Part shown: positions 1 to 9,721 of the stretch, in pieces
Numbering within the stretch: position 1 is the first letter of the stretch
How the letters are laid out: each line of letters opens with the position of its first letter
NCBI GenBank assembly: GCA_944359625.1
Contig: CALVSW010000004.1
Location: forward strand, 30,000 to 93,999
DNA length: 64,000 nucleotides
Source: an uncultured Bacilli bacterium
GTDB taxonomy: Bacteria > Bacillota_I > Bacilli_A > RF39 > UBA660
Direction of reading: 5' to 3'
Translations under genes and position numbers: made by a program
The notes under the pieces: model-generated
The model's database searches: none
Told to the model about the DNA's origin: nothing
The model's input: the letters and a program-made list of their open reading frames with translations, nothing else

Positions 1-541
1 ATGGACCACCACATGTTCCTAAAAGACGATACCCACCATTGTTACTAATAATATTTAAAGCTTCACTTTTAAAATTAGCTACTTCTTCACCAATATTAAC
101 AGCTATTTTATAATATTTATCTTCTGGCTTAAAGAAATTACCACTACTATCTTTAACTAAAGTAATATACCAATAACTAAAATTAAATTCATGATTAGTA
201 TATGATATATTAACATCACTTACACCTCTACTTGGAGCTTTTAAATTATCCCAAAGTTTTTTTACTTCTTCTTCCTTTTTAGAATCATATACAATATCAT
301 TACTTTCATTTAAAGCTATTTTATCAACAGCATTAAATGAATCATACTTAGTAATAAATTCTTCATCAATACTATCTAAACCACTTTCAATAAAAGCAAA
401 ACCACCACAAGTATTATCAGTTAATTCAACGTCTGTATAATAATAAACATTGTCATTTAAATTTATCATTTCTTCTTCTTTTTTATTTTCACAAGCAGTT
501 AAAAATAATAAACTTATAATAATTATTAAAATTTTTTTCAT
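1..541 (-). CDS. Lipoprotein, 5' part only (gene continues past window start)
   Basis: ATG at 541-539 on the minus strand, GGGAGA RBS 8 nt upstream. Translation begins MKKILIIIISLLFLTAC, a signal peptide with an L-T-A-C lipobox. Open frame runs to the window edge. Confidence 0.55.
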   Translation of the reverse strand, partial: MKKILIIIISLLFLTACENKKEEEMINLNDNVYYYTDVELTDNTCGGFAFIESGLDSIDEEFITKYDSFNAVDKIALNESNDIVYDSKKEEEVKKLWDNLKAPSRGVSDVNISYTNHEFNFSYWYITLVKDSSGNFFKPEDKYYKIAVNIGEEVANFKSEALNIISNNGGYRLLGTCGGP

Positions 542-607
542 AATAATCTCCCATTGCAATTATAACATATGTTTTTTATTTATTATAAAAATATCTTTAA
601 TTAACTA

Positions 608-1585
608 TTAATCTTTATTTAAGAAATTCATTACTAAATCAATCAAAACTTCTTTTTCTTTAGGATTTGATTGCGCTATTAATAAAGTAATAGCAACTAA
701 TGTATTATTATCAATTACTTGTCCTTTAGGACTATAAAGAAGATTATAAAACTTTAAAAAATATATAAACAATGTTGCAGCAATCCTCTTATTACCATCA
801 ATAAAAACATGATTTTTAGTAATTAAATATAAAAAATTAGCAGCTTTTTCTTCTATTGTTGGATATAAGTCTTTGCCATCAAAAGATTGGTATATTGTAG
901 CTACAATTGATTTTAAACCTTCATTTCTTTCTAAAGCAAATATATCACTATCTGAATTAAATTTTAATTTACCAACAATATTTATACAATCTTCATAAGT
1001 TATTTTATTATTATTTTTCGTTCCATTAGGTTTAACTAATCTTCTATGATCATAATCATCAAGTAAATTTAATGCTTTAGAATAATTATTTATTACCTTA
1101 ATTATTTCCTTTGCTTCATTACCAGTTAAATCATTATCAATTCTACCAGCTATATCAATTAATTTAATCGTTTTTTCAAGGTATTCTAATCTCTTATTAT
1201 TAACTGCATATCCTTTAATTAAATAATCTTTAATAACTTTATTAGCCCATTTTCTAAATATAACTCCATTTTTACTCTTAACTCTATAACCAACACTTAT
1301 TATCATATCTAAATTATAATAATCTATATAATGAGTCTGTGTTTTACCTTCAACAGCACCATGTTGTGTGGTATTCTCAAATTTTGCGACAACCACTTCA
1401 TCTTTTAATTCCTCTTTTAAAGAATTATTAATATGTTTTCTTATAGTTTTATAATCTCTGTCAAATAACTCAGCCATTTGCTCTGTATTTAACCAAACTG
1501 TTTCATCCTTCATATTGACTTCTAATTTAACATTTTGATTTTCAAATAATAATATTTCATTTTTCATAATTCCACTACCTCTCAT
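608..1585 (-). CDS. RhuM-family N-terminal domain fused to a Doc (Fic/Doc) toxin-like domain
   Basis: N-terminus (LLFENQNVKLEV...TVWLNTEQMAELF) resembles the RhuM/virulence-protein family. C-terminus carries NHVFIDGNKRIAA, which fits the Doc motif HxFx(D/N)GNKR. Confidence 0.6.
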   Translation of the reverse strand: MRGSGIMKNEILLFENQNVKLEVNMKDETVWLNTEQMAELFDRDYKTIRKHINNSLKEELKDEVVVAKFENTTQHGAVEGKTQTHYIDYYNLDMIISVGYRVKSKNGVIFRKWANKVIKDYLIKGYAVNNKRLEYLEKTIKLIDIAGRIDNDLTGNEAKEIIKVINNYSKALNLLDDYDHRRLVKPNGTKNNNKITYEDCINIVGKLKFNSDSDIFALERNEGLKSIVATIYQSFDGKDLYPTIEEKAANFLYLITKNHVFIDGNKRIAATLFIYFLKFYNLLYSPKGQVIDNNTLVAITLLIAQSNPKEKEVLIDLVMNFLNKD

Positions 1586-1684
1586 ATATTTATTATTATT
1601 TAAAACTTTATGATTTCCTTTTTTTTATAAATAAAACTTACAAATTTTTTTTAAAATTTAAAAACTATAACAAAATTCACTTCG

Positions 1685-1951
1685 TTATAGTTCTTTTAAT
1701 TTATACTTTAAATACTTTTCAAACATTTTTAAGCCATAATCTTTATTATAATAATTAGGAAATTCCTTTAAATGGGCTAAAGCTATTTTAGCTGTTAATA
1801 ATAAATCATCATTAGTAACATTAGTACTTTTATTTATAAGACCATGTTCTAATTCAATATTTAAACCTCGTAATAAATCCTCAGGTGAAAACTTATCAAA
1901 TTTAATGTCTAATATCTCGGCAACATCAAAAGCATCTTTAATACTAAACAT
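1685..1951 (-). CDS. Hypothetical protein (88 aa)
   Basis: ORF with compact spacing to neighbours and no recognisable motif. Confidence 0.4.
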   Translation of the reverse strand: MFSIKDAFDVAEILDIKFDKFSPEDLLRGLNIELEHGLINKSTNVTNDDLLLTAKIALAHLKEFPNYYNKDYGLKMFEKYLKYKLKEL

Positions 1952-1989
1952 AATATCACCATTATATTTTATTCTACCTTAAGTTAAAA

Positions 1990-2343
1990 TTACTTATTAA
2001 TTTCTTTAACTATCCAAGTCATAATAATATCTACTATATAATCTATTTCTTCACTGCTTAGTTCTTTATTTTTAGCTATTTTATGCCATTTATAAAGACA
2101 AGAACGACAACACGTTGCCGTTGCATGTTGGGCAATAAATACGGGATGCCCTTTCATCGGTGTTTGAGCACCATCATTTAAAATAATTTTAGGAGCTAAT
2201 CTTTTATTTATAAAAGCATAAGCATGTTCTTTAATTATATCTAAACCTTTTTCTTCTATATATTTAAGCTCTTTTTCTTTTAAATGAAATTTACTTCGAA
2301 ATTTAGATAGTTCTAATTTTTTTAATATATAATCTTTATTCAT
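1990..2343 (-). CDS. DUF4186-family protein
   Basis: HPVFIAQHATATCCRSCLYKWH block is characteristic of DUF4186 proteins. Confidence 0.6.
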   Translation of the reverse strand: MNKDYILKKLELSKFRSKFHLKEKELKYIEEKGLDIIKEHAYAFINKRLAPKIILNDGAQTPMKGHPVFIAQHATATCCRSCLYKWHKIAKNKELSSEEIDYIVDIIMTWIVKEINK

Positions 2344-2355
2344 AATTCTTCTTTT

Positions 2356-3435
2356 TTAAAATATCTTTAACATATCACTACTATTTATAATAGACGTATT
2401 ATATAATATTAAAATATCTTGATTATCAAAATCAATATAATTACTTAGTAAATTCATATTTATATATCTTAAATCTACTAAAGTTATTTTTTTATAACCT
2501 TCAATTAATAAAGGGGCTAAACTACTACTAAAAGAATCTCTAAATATAATTAATTCTTTATTACTTTTATTAGAATTATTAGTTATTTCTATAATTGAAG
2601 AAGCTCCTCCTAAGAAAACATCATAAGAATCCATTTTACCTAAAGAAGATTCTTCATATACGGTATTTAAATTACTTTCTATATCATAAACACTAGCATT
2701 ATCAATAATATCATTAGTTAAATATACTAGCTTATCAGTAGGTACTTTTAAACCTATTTGACCATAATATGTCCCTTTAAAATCATTAAATTCATGATAT
2801 TTATAATCTTTATTAGTTATCTTAAAATGCATTTTTTCACTTAATAAATCAACTATATCACTAAGATATTCTTGTTTCCAATGAATATCCGTATAATAAT
2901 ACTTACTTAAATCTAATTTATCAGTTATATCAATATACTCCATATAATTTAAGCCATTATTAACCATACTAAATAATAATTTATAATCCATTTTTAAATG
3001 ATTATCACTAGCATAATAATTTTTATCAGGAATAATACTATAATAGACATTCATATCTTTTAAATAAGTATTATATAATAAATTAATTTTATTTATAAAA
3101 CTATTAACTTTATTAGTATTTAAAGGATAATCTATCTTTATAATATGATTATCTTCGATAAATAAATTATTATTATCTAATTTACCTAATATTTTATATT
3201 GAAACCAAGCTTTTATACTTCTAAAAGTATCTCTTAAGATAAATTGATCTGAACTATATTCTTCAAACTGATCAACAACACTACCATTTAATAAACCATT
3301 TAAAGTTATCGTAGGAAATTTAGTTAAATATCTTCGTTCACTATAAGATAAATCAGTATCTTTAATTATAATATTAAATATAAATATCCCACATACGATA
3401 ATTACAAATAATATTGTTATTATTTTATTCTTCAT
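2356..3435 (-). CDS. DHHW-family (AlgJ/AlgX/PatB-like) extracytoplasmic acyl-transfer partner protein
   Basis: N-terminal TM anchor and a YYTDIHW (DHHW-like) motif. Sits immediately downstream of an MBOAT gene, the usual two-gene polysaccharide/peptidoglycan O-acylation module. Confidence 0.6.
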   Translation of the reverse strand: MKNKIITILFVIIVCGIFIFNIIIKDTDLSYSERRYLTKFPTITLNGLLNGSVVDQFEEYSSDQFILRDTFRSIKAWFQYKILGKLDNNNLFIEDNHIIKIDYPLNTNKVNSFINKINLLYNTYLKDMNVYYSIIPDKNYYASDNHLKMDYKLLFSMVNNGLNYMEYIDITDKLDLSKYYYTDIHWKQEYLSDIVDLLSEKMHFKITNKDYKYHEFNDFKGTYYGQIGLKVPTDKLVYLTNDIIDNASVYDIESNLNTVYEESSLGKMDSYDVFLGGASSIIEITNNSNKSNKELIIFRDSFSSSLAPLLIEGYKKITLVDLRYINMNLLSNYIDFDNQDILILYNTSIINSSDMLKIF

Positions 3436-3443
3436 TGTATCAC

Positions 3444-4841
3444 CTAAAATCTAAAATATAAGAATGGATTAAAAGAAGCATCTATTAAAAATGATGTTAC
3501 TACTACTAAAAGTAGTATACTACCACCTACTTCTAAAACACTACCAATTGGTTTTAACATTTTATGTTCAAAAACTTTTTTTACTAACTTAATTACTGGC
3601 GTTGCCAATATACAACTACAAATGAGAATGATAAAATAACTTCTAAAGTAATACATTGTACTAAAGTTACTAAATGGTAAATGATTGAAACCAAAGATAC
3701 TTTTTAAAAATACAAATATTTCTTGAATACTATCAGAATTAAAGATAATAAAACTAATAAATACGAGTATCAATGTATAAACATGACTAAATATACGATG
3801 CTTATCTAAAAAACTCTTTAAGAAATATTTTTCGATTATTAATAATATACCAAAGTAAACTCCCCATAAAATAAAGTTCCAAGATGCCCCATGCCAAAAA
3901 CCAGTTAAAAACCAAACGATAAAGATATTTCGAATATGTTTTAATATTCCTTTTTTATTTCCACCAAGAGGAATATAAACATAATCTCTAAAAAAAGTAG
4001 ATAAAGAAATATGCCATCTGCGCCAGAAATCCGTTATACTTTTAGCAATAAATGGATAATTAAAGTTCTCCGGAAAATGGAACCCAAACATCTTAGCTAA
4101 ACCGATAGCTATATCGCTATAACCAGAAAAATCAAAATATAATTGTAGAGTTTCACTAACGCCAATAAGTAAATAAGTAAGTACTGCTTTATCTGGTAGT
4201 CCTCCTAGAGAAGATGCTAAAGCTCCTAATTCATTAGCTATTAATACCTTTTTACTTAAACCAATAATCACTCTAAATACACCACTACCAAATTGTTCAA
4301 AACTATATTTTCTTTCTTTTAACTCTCCCTCGATATCTCGATATCTTACAATTGGACCACTAATTAATTGAAAGAAAGAAGATACATAAGTAGAAAAATC
4401 AATTAGATTATGACTAGCTTTAACTTTATTATTATAAACATCCACAACATAACTTAAAGTTTGAAAAGTAAAAAAACTTATACCTATAGGCATAACAACA
4501 TTTAATAATTTTAAATTTACATTAAAAATATTATTTAGATTATCAATAAAAAAGTTTAAATATTTAAAATACATAAGTAAGCCAATATTACTTATAATAG
4601 CAATACTAAATACTATTTTAGATAATTTTTTATCTCGATATTTTTCGATTAATAAACCATAAGTAAAATTCATTATACAAGATAATAATAAAATCCATAA
4701 AAATTTACCTTCACCATAAAAATAAAAGAATAAACTACTTAGTAATAAACATAAATTCTTTAATTTATTTGGTATTATAAAATATAAAATTAATACTATC
4801 GGTAAAAAGTAATATATAAAAGTTATACTTGAAAAAACCAT
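3444..4841 (-). CDS. MBOAT-family membrane-bound O-acyltransferase (AlgI/DltB/PatA-like)
   Basis: Polytopic membrane protein containing the WRRWHISLSTFFRDYVYIPLGGN MBOAT signature with the conserved His. Confidence 0.8.
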   Translation of the reverse strand: MVFSSITFIYYFLPIVLILYFIIPNKLKNLCLLLSSLFFYFYGEGKFLWILLLSCIMNFTYGLLIEKYRDKKLSKIVFSIAIISNIGLLMYFKYLNFFIDNLNNIFNVNLKLLNVVMPIGISFFTFQTLSYVVDVYNNKVKASHNLIDFSTYVSSFFQLISGPIVRYRDIEGELKERKYSFEQFGSGVFRVIIGLSKKVLIANELGALASSLGGLPDKAVLTYLLIGVSETLQLYFDFSGYSDIAIGLAKMFGFHFPENFNYPFIAKSITDFWRRWHISLSTFFRDYVYIPLGGNKKGILKHIRNIFIVWFLTGFWHGASWNFILWGVYFGILLIIEKYFLKSFLDKHRIFSHVYTLILVFISFIIFNSDSIQEIFVFLKSIFGFNHLPFSNFSTMYYFRSYFIILICSCILATPVIKLVKKVFEHKMLKPIGSVLEVGGSILLLVVVTSFLIDASFNPFLYFRF

Positions 4842-4874
4842 TTATTAACCTCCAAAAAAGTCTTCATAAGAAGA

Positions 4875-5333
4875 CTATAAGTTTTTAAAATTATTTAATA
4901 TTTTATCAGCTGTATCATTTGAAGCCATAATTAGAATAATAACATCATCATTATTATCAACGATAACTTTTTCAGCTTCAACACATAACCATTTAGCTGG
5001 ATTTACGTTGTCTCTTATTTCTTGTTTAGCTTTTTCGATATCAACGCCATCAGCTACTCTTAATACTACAACTGAATGTGCGATGGAACTCATTATCGGT
5101 TCTGATGCAAGACCTTCTTTAAAATCAATTGTATCAACGCCTAAATAATAAGCCATATTATCTTTAGTAATTTCTGTATTAGCTAAACTTGGTAATTCAT
5201 CTTCGCCAAAGCCTTCATAAACTTTAGTGATAATATCTTCAAGTGACATGTCTAAAGTTTCTTGCTTACCACAGCCTGTAAGAACAACAAGTAAAACACT
5301 AGCTACTAAAAATATGCTAAAAACTTTTTTCAT
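4875..5333 (-). CDS. Lipoprotein (possibly DUF4358-like, often neighbouring MBOAT/DHHW pairs)
   Basis: MKKVFSIFLVASVLLVVLTGCGK, signal peptide plus lipobox. Position next to the MBOAT/DHHW pair. Confidence 0.5.
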   Translation of the reverse strand: MKKVFSIFLVASVLLVVLTGCGKQETLDMSLEDIITKVYEGFGEDELPSLANTEITKDNMAYYLGVDTIDFKEGLASEPIMSSIAHSVVVLRVADGVDIEKAKQEIRDNVNPAKWLCVEAEKVIVDNNDDVIILIMASNDTADKILNNFKNL

Positions 5334-5387
5334 CTTTACAACCTCCTACGAGATTATACTATTGTTAATAATTAATTGCAAGCAAAA

Positions 5388-5678
5388 TTATCTACCAATT
5401 TTTTGATTATGTTGCATCTTATCAAAAAGAAAATCTAAATAAGTTGCTTCTTGTTGTGAGTTACACTCTACTCCATACTTAGTTAAATAAATACCCCTAT
5501 TTAATTTTACTTTTAATTTATTTATCGCATTATTAACTGCTCTAATTTCCATAGTAATATTTTTAAATTCATTAGATTCAGGATTTTTACTAAATATTTT
5601 ATATTGTTCAAATAAATTATTTAGTTCCCTATTTAAATATAAAATATAACTACTTATTTCTTCATTATTAATTTCCAT
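5388..5678 (-). CDS. Hypothetical protein (96 aa, predicted coiled coil)
   Basis: ORF only; overlaps the next gene by a few codons. Confidence 0.35.
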   Translation of the reverse strand: MEINNEEISSYILYLNRELNNLFEQYKIFSKNPESNEFKNITMEIRAVNNAINKLKVKLNRGIYLTKYGVECNSQQEATYLDFLFDKMQHNQKIGR

Positions 5679-6405
5679 AAATATTACCCTTTCTTTTAAA
5701 TTTTAATAAGTATTCTTTATCATATTTTGATACTCGATAAGATTCTCTTATTTTTTGAATAGCTTTATTAATTATAAAATCATTTAATTTACAAGTTTCT
5801 AAATACTTAATTGTTTCTTCTTTAAAATTAATAAATATTTCACATAGTAGCCAAGATATAGCCATATTAACATAATAAGTATCAACTTTAATATTATTTA
5901 TATTTTTAAATATTAAATTTAAATTATCATTAGTTATATAATAATCTAATATCGAAACTATTCCTACTCTAATATAATATTCTTTATTACTATTTAATAA
6001 ATTTAGACATTCTATAAAATATTTATTATCTTTTTTAAATCTTTTTAAACTAGAACAAAAAGTATCAGCTAAAGCCCAATTATCTATTAAATCTAAGTAT
6101 TTATAAAAATATTTATTAAAGATATTATTATCTTTTATACTAGCTATTACTAGTCCATAAATCATTACTTCTTCTAAATAGGTAGAAGTATTATTTTCTA
6201 AAAAAGAAATAATATCAGATTTTAATATATTTTTAGCAATACTTCTTAAAATAGGTATTCTAATACCTAATATTTTATATTTTGTTTTAGTTAATTTAGA
6301 ACTAAATACTTGATATTTATCTTCTTTAATACTTATTAAATAATTTAAATATTTTTTATAAAGATCTTTATTCCAAAATAAATTATTAAAATTCATAAAA
6401 ATCAC
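5668..6405 (-). CDS. DNA alkylation repair protein (HEAT-repeat, AlkD-like family)
   Basis: N-terminal KYKILGIRIPILRSIAKN resembles the conserved G[IV]R.P.LR.[IL]AK block of the DNA_alkylation family. Size about 245 aa. Confidence 0.6.
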   Translation of the reverse strand: MIFMNFNNLFWNKDLYKKYLNYLISIKEDKYQVFSSKLTKTKYKILGIRIPILRSIAKNILKSDIISFLENNTSTYLEEVMIYGLVIASIKDNNIFNKYFYKYLDLIDNWALADTFCSSLKRFKKDNKYFIECLNLLNSNKEYYIRVGIVSILDYYITNDNLNLIFKNINNIKVDTYYVNMAISWLLCEIFINFKEETIKYLETCKLNDFIINKAIQKIRESYRVSKYDKEYLLKFKRKGNIYGN

Positions 6406-6503
6406 AAGTATATATTAACATATTTATATATTTATTTCTATTTAACATAAATTACCTACATTTCTTAAACTTATAAATGATATAATATTTTTAGGAGGTT
6501 TCC

Positions 6504-7751
6504 ATGAATAAGCGAAATATTTTATGTATAGATTTAAAAAGTTTTTTTGCCTCCGTTGAATGTGTTAAAAGGAATTTAGATCCTTTTAAAATTAATTTGG
6601 TTGTTGCTAACCCTAATCAAGGAAAAGGAGCGATTACACTTGCTGTTACCCCACATTTAAAAAGTTTAGGAGTTAAATCACGTGGTCGTTTATATGAAAT
6701 ACCTAACAATATTCAGTATATAATTGCTAGTCCCCATATGAGTACTTATATTGAATATAGTAAAAAAGTTGTTAATATTTATTTAGATTTTGTAGCTGAA
6801 GAAGATTTACATGTTTATTCAATCGATGAATGTTTCTTAGATTTAACTAATTACTTAAAAATGTATAATAAAACGGATTATGAAATAGCAGTAGAAATAC
6901 TTAATACCATATATAAAAAAACAGGATTAACAGCAACTTGTGGAATTGGTCCTAATATGTTACTAGCTAAAATTGCCATGGATACCGAAGCTAAAAAATA
7001 TAAAAATGGAATAGCTAAATGGACTTATGATGATGTTAAAACGAAGTTATGGAGTATTACACCTTTATCTAAAATGTGGTCAATCGGTCCCCGAATGGAA
7101 AAAAGATTAAATAATTTAGGTCTTTATACAGTTGGGGATATCGCTAAATATGATAAATTAAAATTAAAAGATAAGTTTGGGGTAATTGGTGAAGAATTAT
7201 GGCTTCATGCTAACGGCATTGATAATTCGGTAATTAGTGATTGGAAAGAAGCTCCTAAAGATTTAAGTTATTCACATTCACAAGTATTATTTAAAGATTA
7301 TAATGGTAATAATATTAAATTAATAATTGAAGAAATGATTGAAGTAATTACACGAAGATTAAGAGAAAATCATAAACAAGCAGGTTTAATTGGCCTTAAT
7401 ATTGGGTATTCTAAAAATGTAGGTGGTGGATTTTATCATTGTAGTAAAATTATGCCTACTAAATCTTCTAAAGAAATATTAAAAATATGTTTAAATATAT
7501 TTGATAGGTATTATACCGATTTACCAATTAGAAGAGTTAGTATTGTAGCAGGTAAATTAACAGATGATAATTCTTTTCAACTTAATTTATTTGAAGATTA
7601 TAATAAAGTTATCGAAGATGATAAATTAAATGATGCAATTGATGAAGTTAAAAATAAATATGGTAAAAATAGTATTTTAAAAGCTTCTTCTTTATTAAGT
7701 GATTCCACTGCTATTGAAAGAAATAAAAAGATTGGAGGTCATAATGCCTAA
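6504..7751 (+). CDS. Y-family DNA polymerase (DinB/UvrX-like, translesion synthesis)
   Basis: N-terminus ILCIDLKSFFASVECV, ...SIDECFLDL and overall length are typical of UmuC/DinB/UvrX. AGGAGG RBS sits before the ATG. Confidence 0.85.
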   Translation: MNKRNILCIDLKSFFASVECVKRNLDPFKINLVVANPNQGKGAITLAVTPHLKSLGVKSRGRLYEIPNNIQYIIASPHMSTYIEYSKKVVNIYLDFVAEEDLHVYSIDECFLDLTNYLKMYNKTDYEIAVEILNTIYKKTGLTATCGIGPNMLLAKIAMDTEAKKYKNGIAKWTYDDVKTKLWSITPLSKMWSIGPRMEKRLNNLGLYTVGDIAKYDKLKLKDKFGVIGEELWLHANGIDNSVISDWKEAPKDLSYSHSQVLFKDYNGNNIKLIIEEMIEVITRRLRENHKQAGLIGLNIGYSKNVGGGFYHCSKIMPTKSSKEILKICLNIFDRYYTDLPIRRVSIVAGKLTDDNSFQLNLFEDYNKVIEDDKLNDAIDEVKNKYGKNSILKASSLLSDSTAIERNKKIGGHNA

Positions 7752-8061
7752 AAAGACACGTGAAGAAATAATATGGCAACCATTTAATTCTTTAACGCCT
7801 TTAAATGAATTAAAAGATGATTTAAATAAAGGTCGTTTAAAAATAGCAAAACCGGTTTTATCTTCAGATCAAATAAAAGATATTGAAGATAAAATATTAG
7901 ATAGTTATTATAGTAAAGAAGAAATAAATATTACTTACTATCGTGGTGGATACTTATATAAAGTAAAAGTATATATAAAATATATAGATAAATTAAAAAA
8001 GCAATTAATATTAAGTAATGGTTTAATAATATATTTTAAACAAGTAATAGAAATATCTTAA
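7744..8061 (+). CDS. YolD-like protein (accessory of UvrX-type Y-polymerases)
   Basis: Small ORF overlapping the polymerase stop, as in B. subtilis uvrX-yolD. Likely true start is ATG 7744 (MPKKTREEI), preceded by a GGAGG RBS. The ORF-track start at 7699 is probably an artefactual extension. Confidence 0.55.
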   Translation: MPKKTREEIIWQPFNSLTPLNELKDDLNKGRLKIAKPVLSSDQIKDIEDKILDSYYSKEEINITYYRGGYLYKVKVYIKYIDKLKKQLILSNGLIIYFKQVIEIS

Positions 8062-8082
8062 TTATATTATTGTATTTAAGGG

Positions 8083-8107
8083 CTCTTAGCCTTTTTTTAT
8101 TTAAAAA
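8083..8107 (+). terminator. Rho-independent terminator after the yolD-like gene
   Basis: aagGGCTCttagAGCCtttttttat: short GC stem (one G-U pair) followed by a T-run. Confidence 0.45.
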
Positions 8108-8148
8108 ATTATGTTATATTATTTATGTAGGATAGAAAGTGGTACCTA

Positions 8149-9714
8149 ATGCAGAAAATATTAATTGAAATTAAAGAAGATACTTTAGAATTTACTGGGT
8201 TAGTTAAATTAAAACCCGGTATTAGTAATTTATTAAATACAAATATTATATCTAATAACGAATTATTATTTTCTTTAAGTTATTTAAATGAAAATTATAA
8301 TATAGTTAATTTATTTATTAAAGAATTATGTCAAGATAAAAAAATTAAAAAAATACGTATTAGTGATATGTCTTTAGTAGCAGTTATTTGTCGTTTAATA
8401 AATAATGTTAATATTGAAGAAATTAATATTTTAGAAGAAGTAAATATTTCTTATGAAGCTTATGAAGCTTTAATTACGATACCATCTTTAAAAGAAGTTA
8501 GATGTTTTACAACTCCTACTTATATGTTAGATTTATTTGATAAAAAAAATATAGTAGTAGAATCTCGTCAAGAAGTATTATTTACCTCTAAATTTATGGA
8601 AGATAATAAGTTAACATCATATTCTAATATATATTATAAAGATAAAATTACTTTTAATACTATTACCGAAGAAGACTTAGAAGATTTTAAAATATTTTTA
8701 AAAATTAATAAATATTTAAAAACGATATATCTTAATACTTCTATTAAAGAATTTGTTAATAAAGTTGTTGATATATTAGTAAGTTATCGTTTAAAAAAAG
8801 TAAAAATAATAATATTAGATGATAATATTAATAAAGTTAATGCTGATAATTTAAGAGCTCTTAATAAAGAATATAGTAAGTACATTTTAATAAGAATATC
8901 TTATTCAAAAGAATATATACGTAAAAACTATTTAAAACAAATAATCTTAACTACTCTAACCTACTGTTTAATAATTATTATAGGTATCGTTACTATGACT
9001 ATTAGTTATATATTTATTAGTAATTATCAATCAGAACAAAATTTAATTGCTATTCAAGAAGAAATAAATAATATATTAAAAGATTATCCTGACCATGATG
9101 TTGTACCGCCAACATCTAATCCTGATGAAGAAATCCCAAGTATCCCCCAACTTACTCCTAATCAAGCTTATTTAAGTTTAAAAGAACTTAATAGTGATAC
9201 GGTAGGATGGTTAACTGTACCAGGTACTAATATTGATTATCCCGTTGTTAAAACTACTGATAATGAATATTATTTAACTCATAATTTTAAAAAACAAGAT
9301 GATTATAATGGTTGGGTATTTATGCATTATTTAAATAATGATACAATCTTAGATAAAAATACAATTCTTTTTGCTCATAATCGTTATTATAGTGGATTAA
9401 TGTTTGGAACTTTAAATAAAGTAAATAATAAAGATTGGTATAATAATACTAGTAATAATTTAATAACTTTTAATACGATATATAATAATTATAAATGGGA
9501 AGTCTTTTCTATTTATAGTGTTAAAGTAACTGCAGATTATTTAAAAACAATCTTTAATACTGATGAAGAATGGTTAAATTTTATTGATTTATTAAAAGGA
9601 CGCAGTGTATTTAAAAGTGATATTGAAATAGGACCAGATGATAAAATATTAACTTTATCAACATGTTTAGAAAATAATAAAAGATTAGTTGTTCATGCTG
9701 TACTAAGAAAGTAG
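8149..9714 (+). CDS. Class B sortase catalytic domain preceded by a ~260-aa cytoplasmic repeat domain and a TM helix
   Basis: C-terminal half carries VGWLTVPGTNIDYPVV...ILFAHNR...LTLSTC...RLVVHAVL, the SrtB-type His/Cys/Arg triad. A TM segment (LTYCLIIIIGIVTMTISYIFI) precedes it. N-terminal 260 aa is an L/I/N-rich repeat region with no family I recognise. Confidence 0.7.
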   Translation: MQKILIEIKEDTLEFTGLVKLKPGISNLLNTNIISNNELLFSLSYLNENYNIVNLFIKELCQDKKIKKIRISDMSLVAVICRLINNVNIEEINILEEVNISYEAYEALITIPSLKEVRCFTTPTYMLDLFDKKNIVVESRQEVLFTSKFMEDNKLTSYSNIYYKDKITFNTITEEDLEDFKIFLKINKYLKTIYLNTSIKEFVNKVVDILVSYRLKKVKIIILDDNINKVNADNLRALNKEYSKYILIRISYSKEYIRKNYLKQIILTTLTYCLIIIIGIVTMTISYIFISNYQSEQNLIAIQEEINNILKDYPDHDVVPPTSNPDEEIPSIPQLTPNQAYLSLKELNSDTVGWLTVPGTNIDYPVVKTTDNEYYLTHNFKKQDDYNGWVFMHYLNNDTILDKNTILFAHNRYYSGLMFGTLNKVNNKDWYNNTSNNLITFNTIYNNYKWEVFSIYSVKVTADYLKTIFNTDEEWLNFIDLLKGRSVFKSDIEIGPDDKILTLSTCLENNKRLVVHAVLRK

Positions 9715-9721
9715 GTGTATT

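Noticed and set aside
6406-6503. LexA/Cheo box upstream of the DinB-like gene
   Set aside because: Searched for GAAC-N4-GTTC-type palindromes and found none, so no SOS operator is annotated.
7699-7743. Upstream extension of the YolD-like ORF (MIPLLLKEIKRLEVI...)
   Set aside because: Would overlap 50 nt of the polymerase gene and lacks an RBS. ATG 7744 has a GGAGG RBS at ideal spacing.
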